64,000 bases of DNA from Podospora anserina (Eukaryota), in contig CM030333.1 of NCBI GenBank assembly GCA_017654855.1, positions 496,001 to 560,000 on the forward strand, given 5' to 3'. Within the stretch, counting starts at the first letter, position 1. Every line of letters begins with the position of its first letter. A program made the translations under genes and the position numbers. The notes beneath the pieces were generated by a model that was not told the DNA's origin, made no database searches, and saw only the letters and a program-made list of their open reading frames with translations. Positions 12,430-24,790 of the stretch are shown here, piece by piece.

Positions 12430-15255
12430 GACTCATTGATAGTCTTGGGGTTTCCCCTTTGGGGCGGCCCTCGATAGGCAAACGATGGGTACCTCGACTC
12501 GGGACACCGGCTCGATAGCCACCGCACTTGGGCCTGAAGAAACGCCATTGTCATGTAGCGGGACTCTCCAACGCAAGGGTCATGGTGCTAAGATGGGGCC
12601 GGGGCTTTTGTCATGACCAACACAGACAGCTGAGGATGCCGTGGGAGGACGGAGGGCCAGAAACGGCCCTTGCCGGCAACCACTGCGAAAGCCAGGCTCC
12701 ACCAGTCCAACGGTTCCTGAACGGACAGCAGGAACAGGGTTATCGGATAGCACGCCAGCCCTGCACTTGCAGGCCCCATCAGTACCCCCTAGCCAGCGGC
12801 CACACTAGCTCTGCTGGTAAGGGATATGCAGCGACGTAAACTCAGAAGCGAGAGGCAAGGACAAAGCGTCGAAGCCAAAACAGACCATGTTCAACGGCGT
12901 CGATGATACGGCACCCGCTAGTGGCCCGAGAGGGTCCCGCCCTTTGCTGATCGTCATGGCTGGCAAGGAGTTTTGCAGTGGCCGGCCGCTGAGCCTATCG
13001 TTCATCGGACTATGGTGACGGACTCCCCCACGACACCCACGGCGCGCACGACCCGACCATACACAGTACACAAAAATTGCTGAAAAGCGGCTCGCAGTTT
13101 CCCCTTTGCAGCAAATCGTGCCTGATTTAGCCGCGGGTCCCTGGCGGATCAGGCCACCGCTCATGGTGCTGTCAAATCGCCCTCAGGAGAGCCGTGGTGA
13201 GGATGGTTGCGGACAACAAGGCATGTAGTTACCGCCAGCTGACAAGGGGTGGGAGCCTCATCGGCCGTAGGTGGCATAACCGGCGATTGCAACTCTCCAC
13301 GGCATCCCATAGGTCCATATCATCCCACCAGCTAGTTGCTGCAGCTGTCAAGCAGACGGACACATAGATCGACCGCCGGATCGGTTGCGGCAGCAGAACG
13401 GAATTCAACACAATACTGCCGCGGGAAACTTCCAGAGCGACGGCAGGGTCAGGGCAGACATGACGTTGTGCCGAAAACGACCAGGCAGATCAAGCTTCGA
13501 CCCCAGGTCTGGCAAGGTAGCATCAGCGGCCTCAAACTCGCTCATTGTGCTTGTGTCACCGTTGCCGTGGCCATCGACAGGAACGAGAATGCAAGATAGG
13601 AGCACACTTGATGCTGGCTCGCACGGGTCCAACTGATCCCGACACACCTGTCATGTACACGGCATGATATCGAAAACCTGAAGTCTGCTCCTGCTCCTCT
13701 AATTGTGCACCCACTGCGAGACGCGCCTGCAAGGTTGTCAAGGGCTGCAATGGTTCCAGCAGACAGCCGGATGAGGGGAGGTCAGATGAGAGACATCAAA
13801 TTCCAACACCCGCCCACGCCACTGGGCGGATCGACGGCGACCATGTCCGCACACGACGATATGATCTTAACGGTTGGTTCGCGATCGAGATGCCGCATGT
13901 AGGCGACTGCTGCTGTTGGTTGCCGGCCCAGGACCCAGTATATTGGCACTGATTTTCGACATGCTGAACACAACCAATTCTGTCTTTCTCTCTCTCCTCT
14001 AGCCCCATTAACTGGAAGGATGGATGGATGTCCTGCGTCTCAGGTACAGCAGCACAGCCGAACAGCTGGTCCGTGATTCTCCAGGGAAGAAGCATGTTTT
14101 CTTCAAGGCACACAGCGAGGGCCTCAGCAAACGACAGGGCCATCCTGGCAAACGGGCCCTGGGTCTTGATTCAAAGCCCACAGCCTCGCGAGGGACGGGG
14201 GAACGAGGGGGTGTCGATAACAGGCCTGGAACGGTCAAACTAGCTTGGTAGTTGGCCAGAAAATGGCGTTCAGATGAAGGTGTAGCGTAGCTGGCCTGGT
14301 GCAAGCCTCCGAGACCGGTCCAGGCAGGTAGCTAGGTGTGTGTGTGCGTTCGGTATGCATCGAACAATTTGGCCGATGGTTGCCGCTGAGGTCTCTGGCT
14401 TGGCTCTTCCGTGATCTCGGCCCGTTGTTTGGTGTTGACATTCGGAAACGGAATGAGGGAGCGCTGTGATGAGCATTGGGCGGTGGGTTGAATCGTGACG
14501 CACTGCTCGAAGCTTCTCATTGATGGAGAGCACGCATTCGGGCTCTAGGTTCCCGCCAAGAATCTTTTGCTGGGGAAAAAGCGGGGACGCCTTTCGGTAG
14601 CTGCCGGAACATCTCCACCACTCAGCTCCACAGTTGAAGATTGGACGCCCACCGATAACCCTGAAGTCCTGTAAGCCCCTAACCCTGCTCTATTTGGAAT
14701 CACCAAAGCAACACAGGATGAACACAGAACACAGAACACACACAGAGCAGGAGCACATGGCAAAAGCTCAACCACTGGAAAGGTATCACGACAACTGGAC
14801 TGTATACAGCTTACGTTGCCCCTCACCTCACCTCATCGCCACAGTTTTGGGTGGTGGTATCTGAGGGCTCGCAGCCTTGTTCCAGGCCTGGATTACATCA
14901 GCTCAACGGCTGAGCGCCTCCTCCCATCTTCTGCAAGAAACGGCGATCGACAGAACGCCCGAGACGGGCCAGTTTCTTCTTCCAAATCTACCATCTCAAC
15001 GGTCACTGCTCATCAGTGCTCGCACCGGGAGGTCAGACCCTTCGTATCTACGAGCTTTATCTCCTTCCAGCCTTCCCGTTCAGAGTCGCCGTGTTGTGCT
15101 CACCGGGCATTGTCCCCGCCCCGAGGAAGCCCGGAAACCAGCTCCCGGCCGTCCGCTTATCGAAACCTTCTCATCGACGTCCAGTCTTACGGCGCGGCTG
15201 TCTGTGGCCAGTCTAGCGGAAATAACCGGTCGCTGTTCCCAATGTCATCATGCAG

Positions 15256-15299
15256 CCACCACCACACCACCACCACACCACCACCACACCACCACCACC
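15256..15299. repeat. Imperfect (CAC/CCA)n microsatellite
   Basis: ccaccaccacaccaccaccacaccaccaccacaccaccaccacc read directly from the sequence. Confidence 0.8.
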
Positions 15300-18200
15300 G
15301 GACTCCGGGTTTCGCTTCGCCCGTCAGCCGCTGTGCCGTTGCTCTTAACCAACAGATACCCTTGTCCGGCCATGCTCCCCAGATCAATACCAGATTTGCC
15401 AAGACACCACCAGGCGATTGTGTTCCATAACCAGACCCATGGGACTGCATTCAGTCATATTTGTACCTTCGGCATGCTATATGCTGTTCGATGAGATCAC
15501 TCGGTACTCATCAGGGGCAACCGCATATTAGAGCAAGATGAAGCACTTTGCTTTGTCGATGCGCTTGCTAGCCCGTCGTGCTTTTAGGTCCATGGCCATA
15601 CACACAACATGACAAAGTTCCGTGAGACAGCTTCAATGCCAAATGTCATTGCTGGCTGGGTTCAGCTTCCATATGCACCCAAGAGCTGTGCGGTTCGGGG
15701 CTTGCGCAAAGCTGGGTGCTCTGTACGACCCTCGGCCAACCTCTTTTTTGCCAGACATCATGTTCTACTTCTCTTCGCTTTCCATCTTCGCAAGCCCTCC
15801 TTCTTTGAGGCTGTCAGTATTTTCGCGCCGACGTGGTACCGGCACTTGCTGGTCCTGTCATGAGCAAACACTGAGTCATTTTCAGCCAGCATCTGTCGTC
15901 CTCCCCAGCCGGAACTCGGGCGGCCTTTCCTCAAGCCACAGGTGGCACAGAAAGCGATAACCACATCCCCAAGTGAACAAAAAGCTGGCTACATTCTCAT
16001 GGCCATCTCTTGGATCTCTGCTGATGGCTATGTGCAAGTGTTCCCGAACAAGACCAGATCACCGGTATCGATGGCATGACCAAAGATAGCATACGGATGG
16101 CCATCGGCATTCCGGAACATATCCCGATCTCCATGCGGCTGGCTGCGCTCAAAAGACTTGGGGAAGCACGTCAACGTGGATGTCGGTTAGAGGTTGAAGA
16201 TACTAAACATGTAAGACAGGTTGATATCAATTTTCTTCTATCCGACGGGGAAGCCTGTCAACCCGTTGTTTGTGTGACACCGCAGTCTCCGGATTTGTGA
16301 TGGCATTATCAGAGAAGGTTGAGGCCCTCGCATGGTGAATGCCCAGCCCTAGTCAATGCTCTCTAGGTACTCACCGTTCGGGTTCATGGGATGCTGTATT
16401 ATGAAGCTGTGTACACCAGGAACATCCCAAAATTAGACTTTACCAAAGTATGCCGTCCACCGCTCACTACATTCTCTGACGGCATGAAACACTACATATC
16501 ATATCAGGAATGTCTCTTAGTGGAGCCCACTACCACTCCATTTCATAGGTTTCTTGAGCTTTCGGTACCAGTGATATCCTCCAACCATGGTCTTATCCAC
16601 GAATCGGAGGGAACATGTGCTTTTTGCAGGGTTTACGCAGATATACACTCCCCGAGACGTACAGGTTAGCCATCTGAGTGGTTGTCCCCGTACCTGGCGG
16701 CCCGTCTTCGGTTGCTTATCGACCGAAATATCCGGGTATGAGGGTTGTTGGCATTTGCCATCCCAGAGGCTCTCTAATACCATATCCGACGAAACCGTGG
16801 CACTTACACAGGCTCTGATGGATAAGCATCACAAGAAGTCAGAGTCCGCGGAGAAAAGTCCGTAGTCTTCTATCTACTGTTCCTCTTTTCGGACCTGAAA
16901 CGCAGGGATTTTGACCGAGTCTCGCCTATACGGTTTGTCATTCCTGGCGAAGACATCTCTCCACACCGCGGTGAAGAATACCACGGGAGGAGGGGTGTGC
17001 AAGCGGGTTCTTTTATGCAAAGCTGATCCCTTCCCTTCGAGTCCGATTGCAGGGAACCATAAAGCGCACTCGCGTGGGGGACTGCGTGATGTCGTGGTTG
17101 GCTGCTCAGCAGGACAGTAATATTGACAGTAGCCGGGCAACTAGATATTGCAACCCTGGGCTGAAATGCTGTGCACACTTGCTTGATATCAGACAAGGAA
17201 TACTTCACGAAACTCGACACCATCTTCACCGCCGCTTGCCAGTGGCTTTCCGTGCATCGGAACCGGAGTGAAGAGACGAAAGCCAGGCTCTCATAAATAG
17301 GGAGGCAGGCTTCAAACAATGAGGCTATGTTTCCTGACCATGATCCCGCTTCTCTTGCTGATCAGCACTAAACCCCACAATGTCTCTCCCTTGGGTCTTG
17401 TGGATCTTTCCTCTTCCCGTTCTCTCCTCCGCTCCCTTTCTTGGCCATCTCTTTATCTGTGACCACAGAGACTTTCCTTCAGTTCATGTAGAGCAATCAC
17501 ATTGCTTGCAGCTCGTATTCTCACTTCATTCCATAAAACCAACGAAGATCTTTAGTCAATGTAAGTCAGTGTTTTCATGTGATTCTCTTTCCCTTGATCA
17601 TTTGGGCACAGTTTTCGTTACCAAATATCATGGGAGAAGAGAACTGTTCTAGAAAGCCGGCATATGCAAGATATTCTAGACATCTAGATCTCGTATAGTA
17701 GCAAACTGCAACAGCTAACAATGCCATTCATATCAGGTTCATCCAAGGCAACACCAGTGCAAAGTCTCAATGTCAACTCAACCTCTACAGCCGAGTCTTT
17801 CACCAGCCCTTCATCTTCATCACCCCTACCTACACCTCAAAACTGTTCGCCTTCCCTAGGTAATTTCACTTACAACAAGTTGCTGCTCATTGGCGCAACC
17901 TGCAACTTGCACCATTCTCAACTCATTTAAGCTCACTCGCCTTCAAGTATGGAAACTCAAAACTCACTCACCCTCCCAAAACAGCCACCCACACGAGCAA
18001 CTTTCATCACTTCATCCCGCACGTTCTCATCTCCATCTCAATCAAAGTGAGCCCTGACTTTTCATCCAAACTTCATTCTCTATTCATTCTATCTCTTTTA
18101 AAAACACTACCTTATCGTCATTAACACTCAACCCCTACATGAAATACTCTCTCATCTCGCAACAAAAGCCAGCCATTAATCCGCCACCAAATACATCACC

Positions 18201-18548
18201 ATGCCCCGAAATCCCCGAATCAAAAAACACAACAACAATTTTATTTTAACACATCGGAGGTATTAGGGGCACCTAATAAAAACAGCAGTTTGCGCCCCAA
18301 CCCCATACAGAAAGGCAGAAACAAATGGAATCTCCTTTCCTCCTCCCTCCAATCCAACAACGACAAAAGAAAAAAGAAAAGGCTCAAATCCAAAAGAGCC
18401 TAAAACCCAATCCAAAAAACCACAAAAGAAAAAGCCCAAATCCATCAAAGCCAAAAAAAGATCCATGGTATCATCCCCCATCTCCAACCCGCCCTCCATG
18501 CCCGAGTCGGCATCCCTCGTCCCTCCAAATCAATACTTAGTCCACTTC

Positions 18549-20381
18549 CTAGAAGAAGAAACTCCCCATCCCTGAGGCAAGCTTCCCCATCAACCCCCTC
18601 TTCTTGCTGCTAGACCCAGCATACATAGCCCCGTTATAAATAGTCGGCGGCACCGTCACCATCCCCGTGGTATCCAAATAATCCTGCGTATTGCCCGCCG
18701 CGTTGCCACTCACCGGGATGCCCATCTTGTTGCAAGCATCCAGATGATCCTGAGGGAAGGTCAGATTTCTCAGCCTGTCCGGCGCCTCAATGATGGTGGC
18801 CGTCAGGCCCATCTCGACATGCCACTCAATGTGGCAATGGAACAGCCAAGTGCCCGGGTTGGTGGCCTTGAACCGCAAGACGGCGTGCGAGTGCGCCATG
18901 ACCGTGACGGTGTCGCGCCGGGGCGGCTTCTGGTTGTAGTTGGTGTCCCTGCCGGACCAGTCCCCGGTGCCGGTCTTGGGGCGGTCGAGAACCTGGAAGT
19001 GATGGCCGTGGAGATGGAAAGGGTGGGTGGCAGCATCCTGGTTGTTGACCACGATCTGGACGACATCGCCGTAGTTGACAATGAAGGGGTTGATCTGGCC
19101 GTAGACGATGGGATTGCTGTTGTCGTCGCCCGTGGTGGCGGCCGAGTACAAGGCCGGCACCTTTTGGTCGATGTATGTCAGGTTGTTGAAGCAAGCGCGG
19201 GGGTAGCCGTTGGCATCTGTGCAGAATGCGAAGTCCATCTTGATCAGAGTGTCATAGTTGGTGTCGTTCCCCCCGAGGATCGCCTCGTTGTCATATGGCT
19301 TGAAGTGGGAGTCGTCAGCAGGCTTCCACTTGTGCACCACGTCCTTCTTGGTGTTTGGTTTGTTGTAATCCATGGTGAGGTAGCCGGTGTAGTTGTGTGG
19401 CCATTGGAGGGGACCCAAGTCGGGATTTGTCCAGTCGCGGTTGATATCCAGCGAGATCAAGAATGGGTAGTTGTCGTTGTCTCGATCAATGCACTCGATT
19501 ATGAAGTCGTAACGCTGAGCCGTGGCAATGCGGAGCTGATACTTGACCTCCTTTTGCAGATAGTCGGCGTCATTCATGATGATGTTAATGTCGTGAGAAT
19601 CGAAGTGAATCATGGCGGAAGCCAAGGCGGCGAAGCTGATCATGCGGAAGCGATACTTCCTGCCTTTGGTGAAGTTGACATTCAACCCAGCTCCCTCGTT
19701 GATGATCATGCCATCGGGAATGGGCGGAGCGAATCGAGTATTGCTAGGCTGCAGCATGTTGCGGACCATGGTAAGAGACTCATTGTGGTACCTGTCACTT
19801 GTTAAGTTGAGCCTCACAACCAATGGATGGTAAGCAACTCACCAATCAGAAACCGTCAAGATAACCTCTTCATCGTACGAGCCGGCATAGGGGTCATTAG
19901 GATCGTGAACAAGGAAAACTCCGCGCAGGCCGTCGGGGTATTGACCCATGTTGTGCGAGTGATCTAAATGTTGTTCTCAGCAAATGTCGCTTTGCATAGC
20001 GGTCGAGCCAAACTTACACCAAAAGGTACCGCCGACATCAACCACGAATTTATACTGGAGAGTCGAGCCGGGAGGTACTGGGCACTGGGTAACACCGCTT
20101 GGCCCATCCATCTCGGGAGTCTGAACCTGGTTGATGCCGTGGAAATGGAGACCACTTGTCTGATTCCCGAGATTGTTAGTGAAGTTGATGATCACGGTAT
20201 CACCGACCGTGGCATCAATCTGTGGACAAGGCCAAGCATTGTTGATGCCGACCACTGGCCTCCCAACTCCATCTGGGGCTGCCCAGACCCAGGTTGCCGT
20301 CCAGTCATAGGTAACAGTAGCTGCTTTGACCGCCGTGGCGAAAGACAGAGCCGCAAGCGATAGAACACCAGACGACTTCAT
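18549..20381 (-). CDS. Secreted multicopper oxidase, Fet3/Abr1-like (pigment-associated type), about 575 aa, 3 exons
   Basis: Exons 20381-20018, 19963-19843 and 19791-18549 (1728 nt). Introns 20017-19964 (GTAAGT..TAG) and 19842-19792 (GTGAGT..CAG). Signal-peptide-like [20 protein letters not shown]. All four copper motifs are present: LHFHG, WYHSH (restored by splicing), HPFHLHGH and [12 protein letters not shown]. Also [11 protein letters not shown] and PRRDT. Confidence 0.93.
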
Positions 20382-23300
20382 GGTCACCTGTTACTGCTCT
20401 CCAGTAAAATCTCGTTGACACCTTGACCACGATCTGGCCGATGGCAGGTGCGAGGGTAACGAATGAGGGTGAATAAGTATTAAAAATTAAAGAGGTGAAG
20501 GGGGGAGGAGGAGGAGGAGAGCCAGAGGAGAAAGCAACCGAATGCTCGGTTGAGGAGGTGTCGGATGATCCAAAGGAAAGATAGAACCCTCGAGAGTGGG
20601 AAACGAGGCCATTATATCGACCGGCCACGAGATAGCGCGAAGGCGAGAACGGAAATGCAAGGCCGCATGGTGCACCTACCGCAACAGGACACTAGGCCAT
20701 CGTGAGGATCGCCCAACCAGTGCTCGGGTGCCAAGCGCCTTCTCCTAGTCCAGTATCGCGGGTTTTCGCTAACCCCCGGACCATACACTCCAAACAGGGG
20801 AGAGGCTGAGGGATCCATCAATGGCCGAAGATGTTGGGGAGCAGAATACGAAGCTAGTATCGATTGTCTGTGTTCTCTTGGTATTGATGAGTGGCTTCTT
20901 GGCCAAAGTTCCGTTTCTGACGACTGTTTGATGCTGATTAGGTCGTCAACTGGGCTGATGGTCTCTATGGCTGCAGATACAAGATGAGAAGGCGTGGCAA
21001 AGGCGGCGAGCTGGTGTGGAGAAGTGGAAGCTGGGTCCAACCGCTGCCACGGAATAGCGAAGATGCCGCGGCATCAGAGAAACAGAAACAGGACACGGGT
21101 GGGCGCGTTTTGGCCGCCTCGAGCTTGTGGGGAGTTGGGTTTGGGCTAGCGGGCTGGTGCATCTTCCTCATGCATGTAGGCAAGCCCGGCCACGGAAAGA
21201 ACAAAAGAATTCCTGTAATCTTCCAAATTGGGCGTCCTTGACGCAGCCATCGAAGCAAGGGGGTCGGTATCAGTCGAAACCATCACTGCTGGAACAACAG
21301 GCACAAGTTCCCACAGAAAGCGTAAACCTAGAGCTGATATTTTCGGTGTTGTTTCCACCTGTTCCTCCTCGAGTAATCATCAGGGCGCAAGCTAACAACA
21401 ATAACAACACCACCACCCACACCCAGCTCGCAAAACAGTAATCCGAATCCCGAGCAAAAGGTCTCACTAACAACGTACAACGGTCAAATCGGCACCCGTC
21501 ATGGGGAGACTGAATGCGGCTAACGGCGGTTAGCCCCCTTGGACTCGATCCGCTCAGCCGCTGGCATAAGGTCCAGCACAAAGGGTATCGAGGACGCAGT
21601 GGGAGGCAACCGCTCAACCACCAAAGTTCAATGCGCAGATGTTGCCGGTAAAGGTTCGCCGTGTAACTGCCAGACATGGCATAATGGCTGCGTCTCTCAC
21701 CTGACCCTTGGAAGTCATGATGGAGGTGTGGCAACGCAACTTTCGATAGTTGTTCGCTGTGTGAAACCTGGGCTGAGCGGTGGACTCGGCCCAGACCCTG
21801 AACGTCACTCGAAGTTCAATGAAGCCCTCCTGAAGAAACAGATCGGCGCAACCACGAGGGTGAAAAGGCGGGAAAACAAAACACCTAGCGTTGGTGTTGC
21901 GGAAGAGCGGCTCTCACCGACACCTACATCCCGGATCTCCAAGTCGGCTGTGACCTCCATCGTCATCTCCCCTATCAAGCCATTGAAGCTGTTTGACGGT
22001 CAACTATTGCCAATAAGAATCCTTCATGCGGCTTGTGCCTTGACAGGTGTAACAAGACTCGAGAAGCTGTGTTCGAGGGGAGAGATCAAGAGCCGTCTTG
22101 GCAGAGGAAGTTGAAAGAAGCGCGTGGGGAGTGGGGCTTGGTGGAGCCCGCTACCGCTAGGACCAGGGGCTTTTAGCAGGGTCCAGCGGGGCGTTGATTG
22201 CCGGAAATAGCGCGAGGCGCTGGTGATCTGCAGATGGGATGTTTTCTTTTCCACTTACATCTTGGCTCGAGCAGCAGCTCTGGTTTGCTCCCTGCGTACC
22301 CCAACCCTCCCGTCCCGGCTTGTCTGGCTGCCTTGGCAACCCTCCTTGACCGCTCCAACGGCGTCGGCCCTCGAGCCGACAGGATGGTGGTCTTCGGTCT
22401 TAAGTGCGTGCTGCGAGATGGAGCCACCAAGAGAGCCGGCCTTAGGTGCTCAGCTTCCAGTCTTTGGATGCCCCGAGATCGCCGAAGCTTTGTTACCGCC
22501 GGTCCCGAGCCCATAATTTGCAATCCTTCATTTCCTGGTTTCCCTCACGGCTTCCAAGTCGCTTTGGTCTTCTTTTTCTCGGGGCTTCTTTCTCTCCTGA
22601 ACTGTGGCTTGGGCAACTGCCTGTGGCAGCCAGTTCTGCTCGCAGTGGTGCGCGCCGGTCGCCAATGGCATGATGGGGTCTTTCTTATTTCCCGATGATG
22701 GCGTTTTGGGGCGTCCTCCATCCTGCCCAGGGTTTATGGGTGGTGATGAGGGTGTGTTGCTGACTTTGTTGTATGCTCCTTTTCTGCGAGAGCTCGGTCT
22801 TGGGCTGAGATGTGTCTGGGATACGTGAGATACGTGGGCCACTTCCCGGCCGAGCTCGGTGATTCTGTCAGTTCTGTCAGATAGGCCTCGCAGCTGGCTG
22901 CAGCAGCCAAGCAGTGCACCGCATTTTCGTCGACCTCAACTCGCCCAGTTACGTTCATGGTCGCACTTTTGGGTAGGATATGTCCTATCTGGAACAATCG
23001 AAGGCTGGATAACATCAAGTGGAAGCAAAGTAGATCCTTCACCACCCCGGGTGTGCACTGACTGAGTAATAGCCGCTGCCAGCAGGACATACCCGCATGT
23101 TGAAATACGAGAGGCACTCAATTTGTGAACTTTGAGTACGAGAATGGGATTTGCAAGCGACGAGTTGCCCGTGTTTCAAGTGGGATGAAAGGATGCGTCT
23201 CTCCGTCTCATGACCTTCTCATTATCGGAACGAGAATTGGATCCTTGGTCATACCCATCCTTGATACGGCCAGCCCTAGGGGAATTAAAGGCGTGCTCGG

Positions 23301-24790
23301 TCTACAAGCTCATCCTCGGATGAAATATCTCACCAATTACCCGAGGGGAACCTTCCGAGTCCTAAAGACGGTGTGGATGACGAACGAGGATCCGGCAGAA
23401 AGCCTGCCAAGAACCGGCAACATATTGGTGGGTAACACACGATGCTGAATGGAAAAGCTCGAGACCTGCCCCTGCAAGGTGCTAACTTCACATTTCACAG
23501 GCAACACTCTCACAATATGTCCCGTCGCTCCATCATGTTCAACTATCATATCCCTTAGTGTCAAATAGGTAGGTAGGTATACCTCACAACACAGTCTTCT
23601 GCTCGTTTTCGTGGTTAGAATACGCTTCACATGGACCAGACGTACTCGGAGCACATGCTCCTTGTCACACAAGAGCTCAGTCACCTTCCCTGCTCAAGGG
23701 TTATCCCCGGCACTTTCCGAGTTCCCGGAACGCTGTAAACAACAATTATTGAACGGCTGAAGGCATCTGCAAGATTGCTCACCAATATATTTACACCACA
23801 TGAACATCATAGAGCCGTAGCTGCCCGTTATTACATGCCCATACCACTTGGCATAGGACGCTCCACAGCAGTCTACCTTATCACATAGCCAAGCATTGCT
23901 CATGATGGAAAAGCAAAGTCATGATTATCCCAAACAAGAACGTCACACACGCCAAGGAGACTATCACTGAATATGAGCTCTCTTAAATTTCCTCATAGAT
24001 CCTCCAAGTATAGAGCAGGATCTAATATTCAGGGACAACAACGTTTGTGTAACTTCATGAACAAACACAGTACCAACAGCAATACTACTCTCTAGGAACT
24101 GAACACAAGAAAAAGAATTTATGCAGCTCTGACAACTCCATCTCGCCTGCAGTTAAACTATTGAACTTGTGTGAAGTATAACAACAGAAGCTGACAAGCA
24201 GCCCAAGAATCCTTGATGAGATATTGACATCTTGACTCCTTTTTCGCGACAAAACCTCAAAGCAAAGTTGTCTCTGAACTACGCCGCCAACTAACACACT
24301 TACCCACATGTAAAAACGACGTCCCCCTCCTCCTAAAAGATGGCGCGCTACCGCCAGTAGCACCCAATAGTCTGGATTGTGCGTGTAACCATCCTCCTCC
24401 GGCAGCTGCAACAGCCACAAGACCACACCATCATGGCGCGGATGAGGCTGAATCCGTAAGCGCTTCACATATGTTCAACCACACCACAGCCAACTTCCTA
24501 CTCGCAACTACCTGCTCAGAGTCGAAGATAGGTAATCATCCATAACGTCGTAAAACCATGACAGTCTTGCTGACCATCATATGATGCCGTCTTCAACCAC
24601 TCATATACATACAATGACGCGGAACTGAATACTATGTGCTTTTGCGTAGCTGGCATAGGTAGATAACAACAGCCTCTTCTCCTTGCTGTGGCCCATGTCG
24701 CTTCATGCAAAATTATCAACTCATGATCTAACTCATCACCGAGAGCCCATTCGGCTCTTTGGTGTGTTTTCGGTAAAATGGAAGAAAAAA

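Noticed and set aside
14677..14686. CCCTAACCCT, a possible telomerase RNA template
   Set aside because: A single 10-mer is expected by chance at this scale, and I could not identify pseudoknot or CR4/5 elements by eye.
14816..15494. Two overlapping ~205-aa ORFs
   Set aside because: Low-complexity S/P/R/H sequence driven partly by a CAC microsatellite, non-ATG starts and no host codon bias.
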